Shown piece after piece: positions 20,513-28,956 of a stretch of DNA of 64,000 nucleotides (its first letter is position 1; each line of letters begins with the position of its first letter). The notes beneath the pieces are model-generated. The model made no database searches and had not been told where the DNA came from. It saw only the letters and a program-made list of their open reading frames with translations. This DNA comes from Terriglobia bacterium. Its GTDB lineage: Bacteria; Acidobacteriota; Terriglobia; 2-12-FULL-54-10. The stretch lies in contig OZ240237.1 in assembly GCA_965198025.1 (NCBI GenBank), positions 921,038-985,037 on the forward strand. Direction: 5' to 3'. The position numbers and the translations under genes were made by a program.

Positions 20513-20727
20513 CGAGGTCCTCCAATCTCTACTGTCTGTAAAGTTCGTAGCTAGCTTATCGGAAGCATGAGCGGTGTAGCAAGAACTCAATGCGAACCCG
20601 GAAACTGGCAACCCACGATCGATTGCATGCAATGCGCTTGTCACCCGGCTCGCCCCGGCTCGCTTGAGATTGAGGAGTTGGGGTATGCTGGATGGCCGAT
20701 TCGAAATCACGGAATGAGGATAAGAGA

Positions 20728-21231
20728 ATGGCGTTGAATCAAATGATATTGCTGGAGTTGGCGCACGAGATGGCTGGCACCCGGAAGACACTCGAGCGGG
20801 TGCCGGATGACAAGCTGGCGTGGAAACCCCACGCCAAATCGTTCTCGATGGGGGACCTAGCGACGCATCTGGCAGAGATGCCCACCTGGGCCAGTGTGAC
20901 GCTCGAACAGGATTCCTTCGACGTCAACCCGCCGGGCGGTTCCACCTACCAACGCCCGAGTCTGGGCTCCCGGAAGGAGATCCTGGATTTCTTTGACAAG
21001 AACCTGGCGGCGGCGAAGGAGACGTTGCAACGGGCGACCGACGAACAGCTCATGAAGCCTTGGTCGCTGCTGAACGGTGGCAAGGTGACCATGACTATAC
21101 CCCGCATCGCCGTCTTCCGCAGCTTCATCATGAACCACAATATCCACCACCGGGCGCAGCTCTGCGTCTACTTGCGGCTGAATGACGTTCCCGTGCCGGC
21201 GCTCTACGGGCCGTCGGCGGATGAGCAGTAA
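20728..21231 (+). CDS. DinB/YfiT-like metal-dependent hydrolase family protein
   Basis: About 167 aa with DinB_2-like helices and His residues (HLAEMPTW, IMNHNIHHRAQL). Confidence 0.65.
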   Translation: MALNQMILLELAHEMAGTRKTLERVPDDKLAWKPHAKSFSMGDLATHLAEMPTWASVTLEQDSFDVNPPGGSTYQRPSLGSRKEILDFFDKNLAAAKETLQRATDEQLMKPWSLLNGGKVTMTIPRIAVFRSFIMNHNIHHRAQLCVYLRLNDVPVPALYGPSADEQ

Positions 21232-21276
21232 AGCTTCGGCCCGTAGGGAGAAGTTCCAAACAACAAGGAGGCTGGG

Positions 21277-21591
21277 ATGGCACTAGCGACCGATGGTTTG
21301 AAGGATGTTGTGCCGCAATTGGCGGAGATGACGACGAATCTGCTGTTCGGCCAGATCTGGGAGCGCCCCGGGCTCTCGAAGCGTGACCGCAGCCTGATCA
21401 CGTTGGCCGCGCTGACGGCACTCTACCGCACCGAGCAACTCCGCAGCCACGTACGGCGCGCGCTCGACAACGGGGTCACGAAGGACGAGATCGGCGAGAT
21501 CATCACGCACATGGCCTTCTACGGCGGCTGGCCCACGGCGGTCAACGCCGCCCAAGTGGCTAAGGAAGTGTATGCGGAGAGAAAGATCTGA
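21277..21591 (+). CDS. carboxymuconolactone decarboxylase family protein
   Basis: 104 aa CMD domain (TNLLFGQIWERPGLSKRDRSLITLAAL...FYGGWP). Confidence 0.75.
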   Translation: MALATDGLKDVVPQLAEMTTNLLFGQIWERPGLSKRDRSLITLAALTALYRTEQLRSHVRRALDNGVTKDEIGEIITHMAFYGGWPTAVNAAQVAKEVYAERKI

Positions 21592-21619
21592 GGGAGGGAA
21601 CCCTCTGGAACTTGCGGGT

Positions 21620-21877
21620 ACTGAGTAAGCCGGTTTCGGAAATTCCACTCTGGGAAATTGTAGAGTCAGCGGAATTGCACGCGGGCAAATCAGAGCCGCG
21701 ACCGTAAGGGAGCGGTCAGGAAAGCTAGGTCGTCCAGGGATTGCTTGTGATCTGACACAAAATCCAGTCGCCACGTCCCCCATCCGCAAGCACCACGGCA
21801 GGCCGCAGCTTTACCTGGGATAAATCAGAAAAAGGAAAGGGGACTGGAACTACGGCGCCGCCTGCAGGTGTGACCAC
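21620..21877 (-). pseudogene. MazF/PemK-like toxin remnant, with GTG start overlapping the antitoxin stop
   Basis: VVTPAGGAVVPVPFPFSDLSQVKLRPAVVLADGGRGDWILCQITSNPWTT*; compare E. coli MazF DFDPTKGSEQAGHRPAVVLSP. There is a TAG at 21725-21727, and the downstream part is frame-scrambled. Confidence 0.45.
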
Positions 21878-22083
21878 GCCGCGTCCTCCTCGGGCCTGTT
21901 CCAGTCTTCTGCAAGTGCTCTTTCGCTGAGTAGTGCAGTTTCGGCAACGGGGGGTCCCGGTTCTTCCAAAATCATCACTAGCGCGCGCCGCGATCCTGGC
22001 ATCTGAACGGTCTGCAACAAACGAACATTCCCGTGTTCATCGATCACGGCCTCAACCGTTCTGATCATGGTGAGCTCCTGCAT
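21850..22083 (-). CDS. type II antitoxin, MazE/AbrB-like (intact)
   Basis: 77 aa ending ...LSERALAEDWNRPEEDAAWSHL, a typical antitoxin C-terminal toxin-binding tail. Confidence 0.55.
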   Translation of the reverse strand: MQELTMIRTVEAVIDEHGNVRLLQTVQMPGSRRALVMILEEPGPPVAETALLSERALAEDWNRPEEDAAWSHLQAAP

Positions 22084-22246
22084 TCATTCTACACGATCTC
22101 ATTTCCCGGCAGGGACGTACGTCTCCGCTTCGGATTTGGGCATGATTTTCTCACGCGCCGGAGGTATGATTTGAGGAGCGTGTCCTCCCGTGCAGCAACA
22201 TCCCTCGGGCGGATCGGCCCAAACGGCGTGCAAGGAGAAACGGATC

Positions 22247-23818
22247 ATGCAAACAAAACCGGTGAGAAGTTGGCAGATGGTTCTGACCGCAGGAGTCCTC
22301 CTGTCGGTCGCGACGGTGGCGGCACAAGCGCAGGAGATCGCGTTGCCGGCCGGATTGGATCAGATCCCGAGTATCTCCTCCAGGGAGATCATGGAGCGGC
22401 CGGTGACCATCGATCCCGGCGCCGGGCGGATGCACCAGCAGGTCAGCACGGACTCCTCCGAAGCGCAGGCCTTTTACGACCAGGGCATTGCCTACCTGCA
22501 CTCCTACGTTTGGGTCGAGGCGGCACGGTCGTTCCATGTAGCGCTGCGTCACGATCCCGATTTGGCCATGGCCGAGCTCGGCCTGGCGAAAGCCTATTTC
22601 AACTCGGAAGCGATGGTGGATGCCTTCGATCATATGACGAAGGCTGCCCTGCTCGCCGCGCAAGGCAACGTCACGCCCAAGGAAGCCAAATGGATTGAAA
22701 TCGCGCAGAAACAGTGGGAGGCCATCTTTGCCGCCCCGCAGGAACGTAGTGCCAAACTCGAAGAGTATAGAGGAGCCGTGGACGAGCTGATTCGGATGGA
22801 CCCGGACGACGCCCACGCCTGGGTGCTGCGCGGCAATGCCGCCGAAGCCCGGCCGACCGGACGGGGGCAGGGAGGCCGTATTCCCTCCATCGCAAATTAC
22901 GAAGCCGCTCTCTACCGCGACCCCAACCACTGGGGAGCGAATCATTACCTGGTCCATGCCTATGAAGGACTTGCCTTGTATGAGAAGTCCGCCGAGAACG
23001 GGGCCAAATATGCCGCCGCTGTTTCCGGCGTTCCGCATGCCCAGCACATGTACGCTCACGTTCTGCCGCGTTTGGGCAAGTGGTCGGAAGCGCTGTCCCA
23101 GCTGGGCAGAGCGGACGATCTGCAGCGCGAGTACTTTGCCCGCGGCATCCCTCCGGTCGAGGAATGGCACCACGGGCACAATATCCATTTGATGGGGTCC
23201 GTGCAGTTGCGCCTCGGAAACGAAGAGGAAGCGCAGCGCTTGCTGCGGGAAGCCTTCTACCTGGAAGTCCGCGCCCTGCGTGACGGGCGCTTCACCGATC
23301 CCTGGCTGGAGTACCTGCTGCTCCGGGAGCGGAATGAAGAAGCGTTGCAGGCGGCCCGCGAGGCCCAGCAGCGGCCCTTGGCTCTGGCTCGCTTCATCGG
23401 TTCGGCGCGCGCCGCCGAAGCGTTGCTGGCGCTCGGACGCATGGACGAAGCACGCCGGGAATTGGAGCAGGCCAAGATGTATCTGGAGGTGTTTCGAAAC
23501 GACATCGCCAATCACCCCATCTATGCCACCCAGCCTGCGAGATGGGAACGGTCGCTGCTCGTACCGCTCGAAGCTCAATTTGCGCTGCTGGGATCGAACC
23601 CCGAGGAAGGCGAAGCAGCCTTGCTCATGCATGCGGACGGCTATTTGGGCACCACGGGTTTTGACGGTTGGGTCACCGGACTCTTCCGCCTGGAGCATCT
23701 GGCCGGCGTAGCCCAGCGGGCCGGGCGCCTGGAGCTGGCCCGCGAGCTGCTCGACCGTATCCAGCAGATCGACCCGGACTACGTCCCGAGGTTGAACCTA
23801 GCCGCCGCCGCACGGTAG
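22247..23818 (+). CDS. secreted TPR-repeat protein
   Basis: RBS AAGGAG, signal peptide, repeated TPR-like helices. Confidence 0.7.
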   Translation: MQTKPVRSWQMVLTAGVLLSVATVAAQAQEIALPAGLDQIPSISSREIMERPVTIDPGAGRMHQQVSTDSSEAQAFYDQGIAYLHSYVWVEAARSFHVALRHDPDLAMAELGLAKAYFNSEAMVDAFDHMTKAALLAAQGNVTPKEAKWIEIAQKQWEAIFAAPQERSAKLEEYRGAVDELIRMDPDDAHAWVLRGNAAEARPTGRGQGGRIPSIANYEAALYRDPNHWGANHYLVHAYEGLALYEKSAENGAKYAAAVSGVPHAQHMYAHVLPRLGKWSEALSQLGRADDLQREYFARGIPPVEEWHHGHNIHLMGSVQLRLGNEEEAQRLLREAFYLEVRALRDGRFTDPWLEYLLLRERNEEALQAAREAQQRPLALARFIGSARAAEALLALGRMDEARRELEQAKMYLEVFRNDIANHPIYATQPARWERSLLVPLEAQFALLGSNPEEGEAALLMHADGYLGTTGFDGWVTGLFRLEHLAGVAQRAGRLELARELLDRIQQIDPDYVPRLNLAAAAR

Positions 23819-23829
23819 GCAGCGACAGG

Positions 23830-24052
23830 CATGGCCTTTGCATTCCAGCAGAGAGCGCAACATTCCCAGCCTGCCGTGTCATCCCGAGGACACGAAACGA
23901 CATATTGATGTCGTTTCGGACGAGGGATCTGCTCTTCGCCTGAATCCGAGCCGCGCGCGCAAGGGTAGCCACGGCACGGTTTCTGTGCCGTGGGTTTTTG
24001 CGTTTCTTTTGTTAGCGACAGCCTCCGGCCTGTCCCCATAGAGCACAGCCCG
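23830..24052. repeat. REP/MITE-related repeat block (internal module X plus hairpin GACAGCCTCCGGCCTGTC) flanking the RAYT remnant
   Basis: Shares GTCATCCCGAG...GAGGGATCTGCTCTTCGCCTGAATCCGAGCCGCG...CCCCATAGAGCACAGCCCG with the interior of the MITE copy at 59892-60304. Confidence 0.55.
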
Positions 24053-24298
24053 CTAGGGCCTGTCGGCGCGGACGGGGTTGTGCTCCACATACGCCGCAAT
24101 GTGGGAAAACGATTCCTCACTCCGAACCCAATGGTCGTACGATTCTTGCTGCCATAACCGCTGCCCGGTCCGCCCCAGGATTTTGTTAGCTTGCCGGGCA
24201 GTGAACCCTTTCAGAACCCTTGTGATCCGTTCCGGGGGCACGCCGGGCATCACCACATCTAGGTGAAACGCTCTAGCCGCGATTTGATGGGCCTGCAA
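24053..24298 (-). pseudogene. REP-associated tyrosine transposase (RAYT, IS200-like Y1), C-terminal part; HuH region degenerate and N-terminus missing
   Basis: ...AFHLDVVMPGVPPERITRVLKGFTARQANKILGRTGQRLWQQESYDHWVRSEESFSHIAAYVEHNPVRA. There is a TGA just upstream in-frame, and only about 130 bp are left before the next gene. Confidence 0.6.
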
Positions 24299-24431
24299 AC
24301 AACCGGAAACTCACCCTGAAACTGACAAAAAATCGGCATGGTCATTCCAGCCCTGATTTGTTCAGGTTCTTGGCCGTCTGGCAGAGGCAGCCTTAAGAAG
24401 CGATCGACACCTGGAAATGGACTCCTTGCCC

Positions 24432-26819
24432 TCAGAAGCGGATCGTGTACTGAAATTTCGTGGATATCTTGCGGTCTTGCGCGGTGAAGTTGTATCCGCC
24501 CTCGGCCTCTTGAATCCAGCCCTGGTTGAAGACCAAGAAGAGGTCATTCCCAGGCTGCAGGATCCACCGTACACGGCTCTGCCAACCCAGGTTTTGAGAC
24601 CGGTTGTCGTACTGAATCAGATTGGAAAAGGTAAGGAAGGGCGATGCGGCATAGTTCACCCGCGAGGTGAAAATCCGGGTGGCAAAATTGCCTTGCGGCA
24701 GCCGGGCAAACGTCTGGTTGGTATTGAAACTGATGATGAACCGGGGCGGGATCTTGTAACTCAGCGACGTCTGGACTTCCTTGGCGTGCCCCGACCAAAA
24801 CTGGCCGGCCCCCACGGTTAAGCCCGCTTGCAACCTGCGCTTTGAGGCAGTCAGAAAGAAGCTGCGAAAGCGCGTGGCCTGGTATTCTCCCGCAGGGAGA
24901 ACGACACCGGGAAAAATCTCGAACGGGGCAAACAGGCGCTCGTAGTAAATGCGCGGTTCAAGAAGCGCGTGGAAGGAATCACCGGATTTGAAGTGCCAGT
25001 CCCATAAAGTCGCGTGAAGATCCCAGCTTTCGACCTGTCCGTTGTCGAGTCGCGTGAAACGGGTGTAGTACAGGTCGTGAAACATCTGTTGCAGGCCCAG
25101 AAAGTTTCTCGGGCGGGGATTGAAGCTGCCGCCAATCCGCAGCAGCCGTACATTCCTCCGCTGCACGAAACCGAGTGCCGGCTCAAAATTCTCTTGAATA
25201 TCGCGCCAGATAAATTGCGCACCATATTTGTCGTTGGGATACTCTGCCGAAATGCCATAAGACCAATCCCGATCGGTAGCGCCATCGTTCATGCTGCGGA
25301 TACTGTACGCGTTGAGCACCAAATTCCGCGACCCGCCCAGAAAACGGGAGGTCGCCAAGCGTGCGTCTGCACCGTACGTTCTGCTGGAAGTGGATAGAGC
25401 CTGATGGCCCTCCGTGTAGATCGCGCCGATATAGGATTGTTGCAGGAAGTTTTGTTTGACGCGTCCCACCAAGAAGTTCTTTCCCGGCACGATGGGCAAG
25501 TCGCGCGTCCGAACGTCCAGCACGCCAATGTCGGTTCGGCCGATCTTGCCTGTCAGTTTCAGTCCAAAATCGATCGGCACCTCCTGCCCGGAAAGCAGCC
25601 CGATCTGACGGCTGAAGAACGGTCTGATGTCCGCTCCGGTCCGGGGAACGCCGGCAGGTGGATTCACCCCTGTGCTGGCAAAGCTGAAGACTCCGGCATC
25701 TTCCAGAAAAAACGACCGCTTCTCCGGAAAGAACAGAGAAAAACGCGTCAAGTTGATCTGCCGCGCATCCACTTCCGTTTCGCCAAAGTCCGTGTTCACG
25801 GTCGCCGACAGTTTCAAACTGGGGGTGAAGTTGTAAAACAGATCCAGCCCCGGCTTGCCGGTGACCACATTGTTCCCGGTCGCGCCGGTCTGCAGCCAGC
25901 GGCCCCCGACGAATGGTCGGACGTCAAGACCGATGCCCTGTGTGAGGCCTTCCAGATTGGTGATTTCCCCCGCTTCGGAAACCTGGAGGAACTGTGTATC
26001 CAGACGCGCCCCCGACCAGCGATCTTCCTCTAGCTTTCGCTGTATGTGCCGAGCAATGTTGAATCCCCAGGTCGTCCGGACGGACGGAAAGCTCAAGCTC
26101 TTGAATGGAATGGCAAACTCCGCACTCCACCCCTCTTCCGTACGCCTGGTACGCACCGTCCAGATAGCATCCCAGTCATTATTCGACTGACCATTCGCAA
26201 ACACCAAGCCGTCCACCAGCGCGCCCGCTGGATTGGTAGCGAAATAGAAGGCGTTGCGCTGGTCGCGATACGTGTCTAACACAATCAAAATCCGGTCGTC
26301 GGAGCCTAGATTTGCGTCGCGAGCCATCTGTGTGCCGATGACCCTGTTCGGCTCCGCGTCGTAACATATCACCCCGATGTACAGGTTATCGGCATCATAG
26401 AGCAGTGTGACTTCTGTTCTTTCGGTAGGCTCCTCCCCGGGCCGAGGGTCTGTCTGAGTCAACTCGATCGTCGGCGCCGCGTCCCATGCCGCTTCCTCGA
26501 GCAATCCATCGACGGTAATTCCCGATGTAATCCTTGTTACAACAGTGGACTTGGTTGACTCAGTTGCCATGATCTGCGGTGGAATGGCGGCGTACAGAAG
26601 TGGCGTAAACAGGCATGCCCACACCCAAACTGCCGCCGGGAGAAAAATACGGCGCAACGAACTCCAGGAGTCACGACTTCGCCTCCTGGCTGAAGCCACA
26701 GCAAAACCTCGCAAGCAGGTCTGCTCCGCGTCGGCTTTAGCCTGCTGGCAATTAGCCAGCATTTCACTAACCTTCATACTGCCGTCCATAAACCTGCATT
26801 CCCGAACAGTGAAGTGCAT
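24432..26819 (-). CDS. DUF5916-family secreted protein (CBM9-like N-terminus plus beta-barrel-like C-terminus)
   Basis: 795 aa ending ...KFQYTIRF. Acidobacteria/Bacteroidetes DUF5916-like. The true start codon is uncertain. Confidence 0.6.
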   Translation of the reverse strand: MHFTVRECRFMDGSMKVSEMLANCQQAKADAEQTCLRGFAVASARRRSRDSWSSLRRIFLPAAVWVWACLFTPLLYAAIPPQIMATESTKSTVVTRITSGITVDGLLEEAAWDAAPTIELTQTDPRPGEEPTERTEVTLLYDADNLYIGVICYDAEPNRVIGTQMARDANLGSDDRILIVLDTYRDQRNAFYFATNPAGALVDGLVFANGQSNNDWDAIWTVRTRRTEEGWSAEFAIPFKSLSFPSVRTTWGFNIARHIQRKLEEDRWSGARLDTQFLQVSEAGEITNLEGLTQGIGLDVRPFVGGRWLQTGATGNNVVTGKPGLDLFYNFTPSLKLSATVNTDFGETEVDARQINLTRFSLFFPEKRSFFLEDAGVFSFASTGVNPPAGVPRTGADIRPFFSRQIGLLSGQEVPIDFGLKLTGKIGRTDIGVLDVRTRDLPIVPGKNFLVGRVKQNFLQQSYIGAIYTEGHQALSTSSRTYGADARLATSRFLGGSRNLVLNAYSIRSMNDGATDRDWSYGISAEYPNDKYGAQFIWRDIQENFEPALGFVQRRNVRLLRIGGSFNPRPRNFLGLQQMFHDLYYTRFTRLDNGQVESWDLHATLWDWHFKSGDSFHALLEPRIYYERLFAPFEIFPGVVLPAGEYQATRFRSFFLTASKRRLQAGLTVGAGQFWSGHAKEVQTSLSYKIPPRFIISFNTNQTFARLPQGNFATRIFTSRVNYAASPFLTFSNLIQYDNRSQNLGWQSRVRWILQPGNDLFLVFNQGWIQEAEGGYNFTAQDRKISTKFQYTIRF

Positions 26820-27172
26820 TGACCAGCCCGATTTCTTGTACCACAGTAGTGCCAGAGTTTATATCACAACCTATGGCTGTGATACCGGTTTTGGTGGCAG
26901 GAAGGGCTAGGCATTTCTCGTAAGGGTGTATACTGCCACGGCATGTCATTCTGAGCTTAGGTAGCGGCAGGCATTCTTGCCTGTCCTGCTGCCCTCTAGC
27001 CATCCCTTATTTTTAGCGGAAGACAAATGGGAACGGAACCAGACCCTCGACCTCGAATTCGATGGGACACCGCGACGGGTGAACGCGGAAGGCCCCCTTC
27101 GTTCCCTCCGGGTAGATCGCAAGACTGCGAATAAAAATCCCGCCCTCGCCCCGGTTGACCGGGCTGGCTAAT

Positions 27173-27198
27173 CCCGTATCAAAGCCCGTATCAAACGG
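27173..27198 (+). repeat. two tandem copies of CCCGTATCAAA(G/C), related to the 15-mer near the tRNA-Asp fragment
   Basis: cccgtatcaaagcccgtatcaaacgg. Confidence 0.4.
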
Positions 27199-27354
27199 AA
27201 CCGCTCGTTCATTCTTGCGATGAAGGGGCGACTAGCGAAAAGACAGGAATTTCCCTCAAAGGCGCTCCGGGGGATGAGCCGGCCTAAGAAGGAGAACTCC
27301 CGGCGCAGATCTGCGCCGGGAGTCGTAGGGGTGTCTCAACTTGCGGCGAATCGC

Positions 27355-27470
27355 CAAGTAGCGACAGGCCTCCAGGCCTGTCCCCTGTGTGCAGGCCGCA
27401 AGGCCTGCACTGGCTTTCCGAAGTAGCGCCAGCGTCCCGCTGGCAAGCAACAAATGCCGCCGTTCCGCCA
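27355..27470 (-). terminator. cluster of three GC-rich hairpins immediately downstream of the gene at 27491-28147
   Basis: GACAGGCCTCCAGGCCTGTC, GCAGGCCGCAAGGCCTGC, GCCAGCGTCCCGCTGGC. Confidence 0.4.
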
Positions 27471-27490
27471 ACGCGGCGGACGAAGCCTCT

Positions 27491-28147
27491 TTACTGTCCG
27501 AAGCAGTACAGCAAGCCGTTGCCGCCGGTCGCATTCAGATCCGACTGGCTGCAAGTCCGGGACGGATGCGCCATGTTCCACGACGTGGTATTGCCGCCGG
27601 AACGGTCATGATGGCCGACCATGGCGCGGCCCGTGCTGCTGCTCGTCCAGTTGTTGCAGGTGCGGTCCTCCCCGGCGGGAAGCGCTCTTCCGAGTGAATC
27701 CGAGCCCGTCAGGATGTCGTGCATGTTCTGGGGCTGGGAGTCGTCACGGTAGCGGCCCGGAACCTCGTTGCCGTTCTCGTCCACTGCGGTCTGGTGATAG
27801 AGATAGTTCCGGTCGCGCTGGTTGTCGCCGTGCAGATCGGCCACGTTCGCGGCGATTCGAACCCCGTTGGCGTTGTGCCACGGACCCGATCCGATGCGGT
27901 CACGGGCATTGACTGCGCCAGCACCCTGCGTGCTCAGGTAGGCGCGCCAGGTGCGCCCGCCGGCTCCGGCAGCAGCCGCCAGGCTCTGGCAATGGGCGTC
28001 GGCTCCCGCCAACCCGCCCAGGTCACCGCCGCTGCCGATGGGCCGGCTGGTGACAAAGAAGGTCATGGGCTCCTGCTGTTCCTGGGCCATCGCCAGGGGC
28101 GAGACCAGAATGGACAGCGCGATCACAGCGAAAAAGGTCTTCCTCAT
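27491..28147 (-). CDS. secreted Gly-rich protein, possible DUF1554/lectin-like family
   Basis: Signal peptide MRKTFFAVIALSILVSPLAMA. Conserved Cys pattern and a C-terminal ...GGNGLLYCF. Confidence 0.5.
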   Translation of the reverse strand: MRKTFFAVIALSILVSPLAMAQEQQEPMTFFVTSRPIGSGGDLGGLAGADAHCQSLAAAAGAGGRTWRAYLSTQGAGAVNARDRIGSGPWHNANGVRIAANVADLHGDNQRDRNYLYHQTAVDENGNEVPGRYRDDSQPQNMHDILTGSDSLGRALPAGEDRTCNNWTSSSTGRAMVGHHDRSGGNTTSWNMAHPSRTCSQSDLNATGGNGLLYCFGQ

Positions 28148-28268
28148 ATCGGTTCTCCTTCTCCTCGTAACTTTGATGATGACCACCAGGGTCGTTGATT
28201 TTCCTCGGCAGCCAGAATACCACAAAATCCGCCCGCGCAAACAAGGCTTCCGTCGCTTGCAAATTAGC

Positions 28269-28835
28269 TCAGTCGCTTGCGGGAGGCGCCCAAACGTTCA
28301 GGCGCGGGTCGCGAGTGGGCATGCGCACCCGCGGCAGGCTTTCGGCGTTCAGGACCGTATCTTCCTGGATGATGCCGTTCTTGAAGAGGATCCAGGCGGT
28401 CAGCGCGTAGACCTCGTCCGTCGTGAGGGTCCCGTTTCTCAAGGAGCCGGAAGGCAAAGCCCGGGGCATGGAATTGTTGATGATGCTCCAGTACGTAGTC
28501 GCGAACGGATGGATCGTTCCCCCCACCAGGGGCGGGAACGGACCGCCGCCCTGACCTTCGGCTCCATGGCACATGGCGCACTTCTGGGCATAGACCGGGG
28601 CGCCCTGCAGGGCGGTTCCCCTGCCCGGACGAAGCTCCCGCCCCATCGGCCCAACCACGTCATCGGCGGCGCGAATTTCATCCGCAGTCGGCGCGCGGCC
28701 CAACCCGTAGGTGGGCATCTGCGCCCACAGGGCAGGATCGCCTGTCCCGGAGATCACGAGAGCCATCACACCGCAAAGTCCCAGGCGGTATAGCTTGGCT
28801 TTGTTTCGCAGCAAGAATTGTTCTACCAAACCCAT
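28269..28835 (-). CDS. sorB: c-type cytochrome (probable sulfite dehydrogenase cytochrome subunit)
   Basis: CAMCHG haem-binding motif, signal peptide, immediately downstream of sorA. Confidence 0.65.
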   Translation of the reverse strand: MGLVEQFLLRNKAKLYRLGLCGVMALVISGTGDPALWAQMPTYGLGRAPTADEIRAADDVVGPMGRELRPGRGTALQGAPVYAQKCAMCHGAEGQGGGPFPPLVGGTIHPFATTYWSIINNSMPRALPSGSLRNGTLTTDEVYALTAWILFKNGIIQEDTVLNAESLPRVRMPTRDPRLNVWAPPASD

Positions 28836-28896
28836 TCCATCCTCCCTGGCACGCCTTCACCCTGTCAGTATGCAGAGGGAGTGCGAACTCTGGCCA

Positions 28897-28951
28897 AAAA
28901 ACTTCTGTCGAGACTTCCGAAAGAACCGAAAGAACCGAATTTCCGACAGGA
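28897..28951. repeat. CCGAARGAA 9-bp tandem repeat module (copy 1) in the sorA-sorB intergenic region
   Basis: ctgtcgagacttccgaaagaaccgaaagaaccgaatttccgacaggaaccg. Confidence 0.5.
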
Positions 28952-28956
28952 ACCGT

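Noticed and set aside
18747-20525. 592-aa and other long ORFs (18747..20525, 19148..20020) overlapping ChaN and ansB
   Set aside because: Arg/Gly/Pro-rich antisense artefacts typical of high-GC DNA. The opposite-strand genes have strong, specific similarity.
22151-23698. 515-aa ORF antisense to the TPR protein gene
   Set aside because: No domain signal and a low-complexity composition. The sense strand has a signal peptide, an RBS and TPR repeats.
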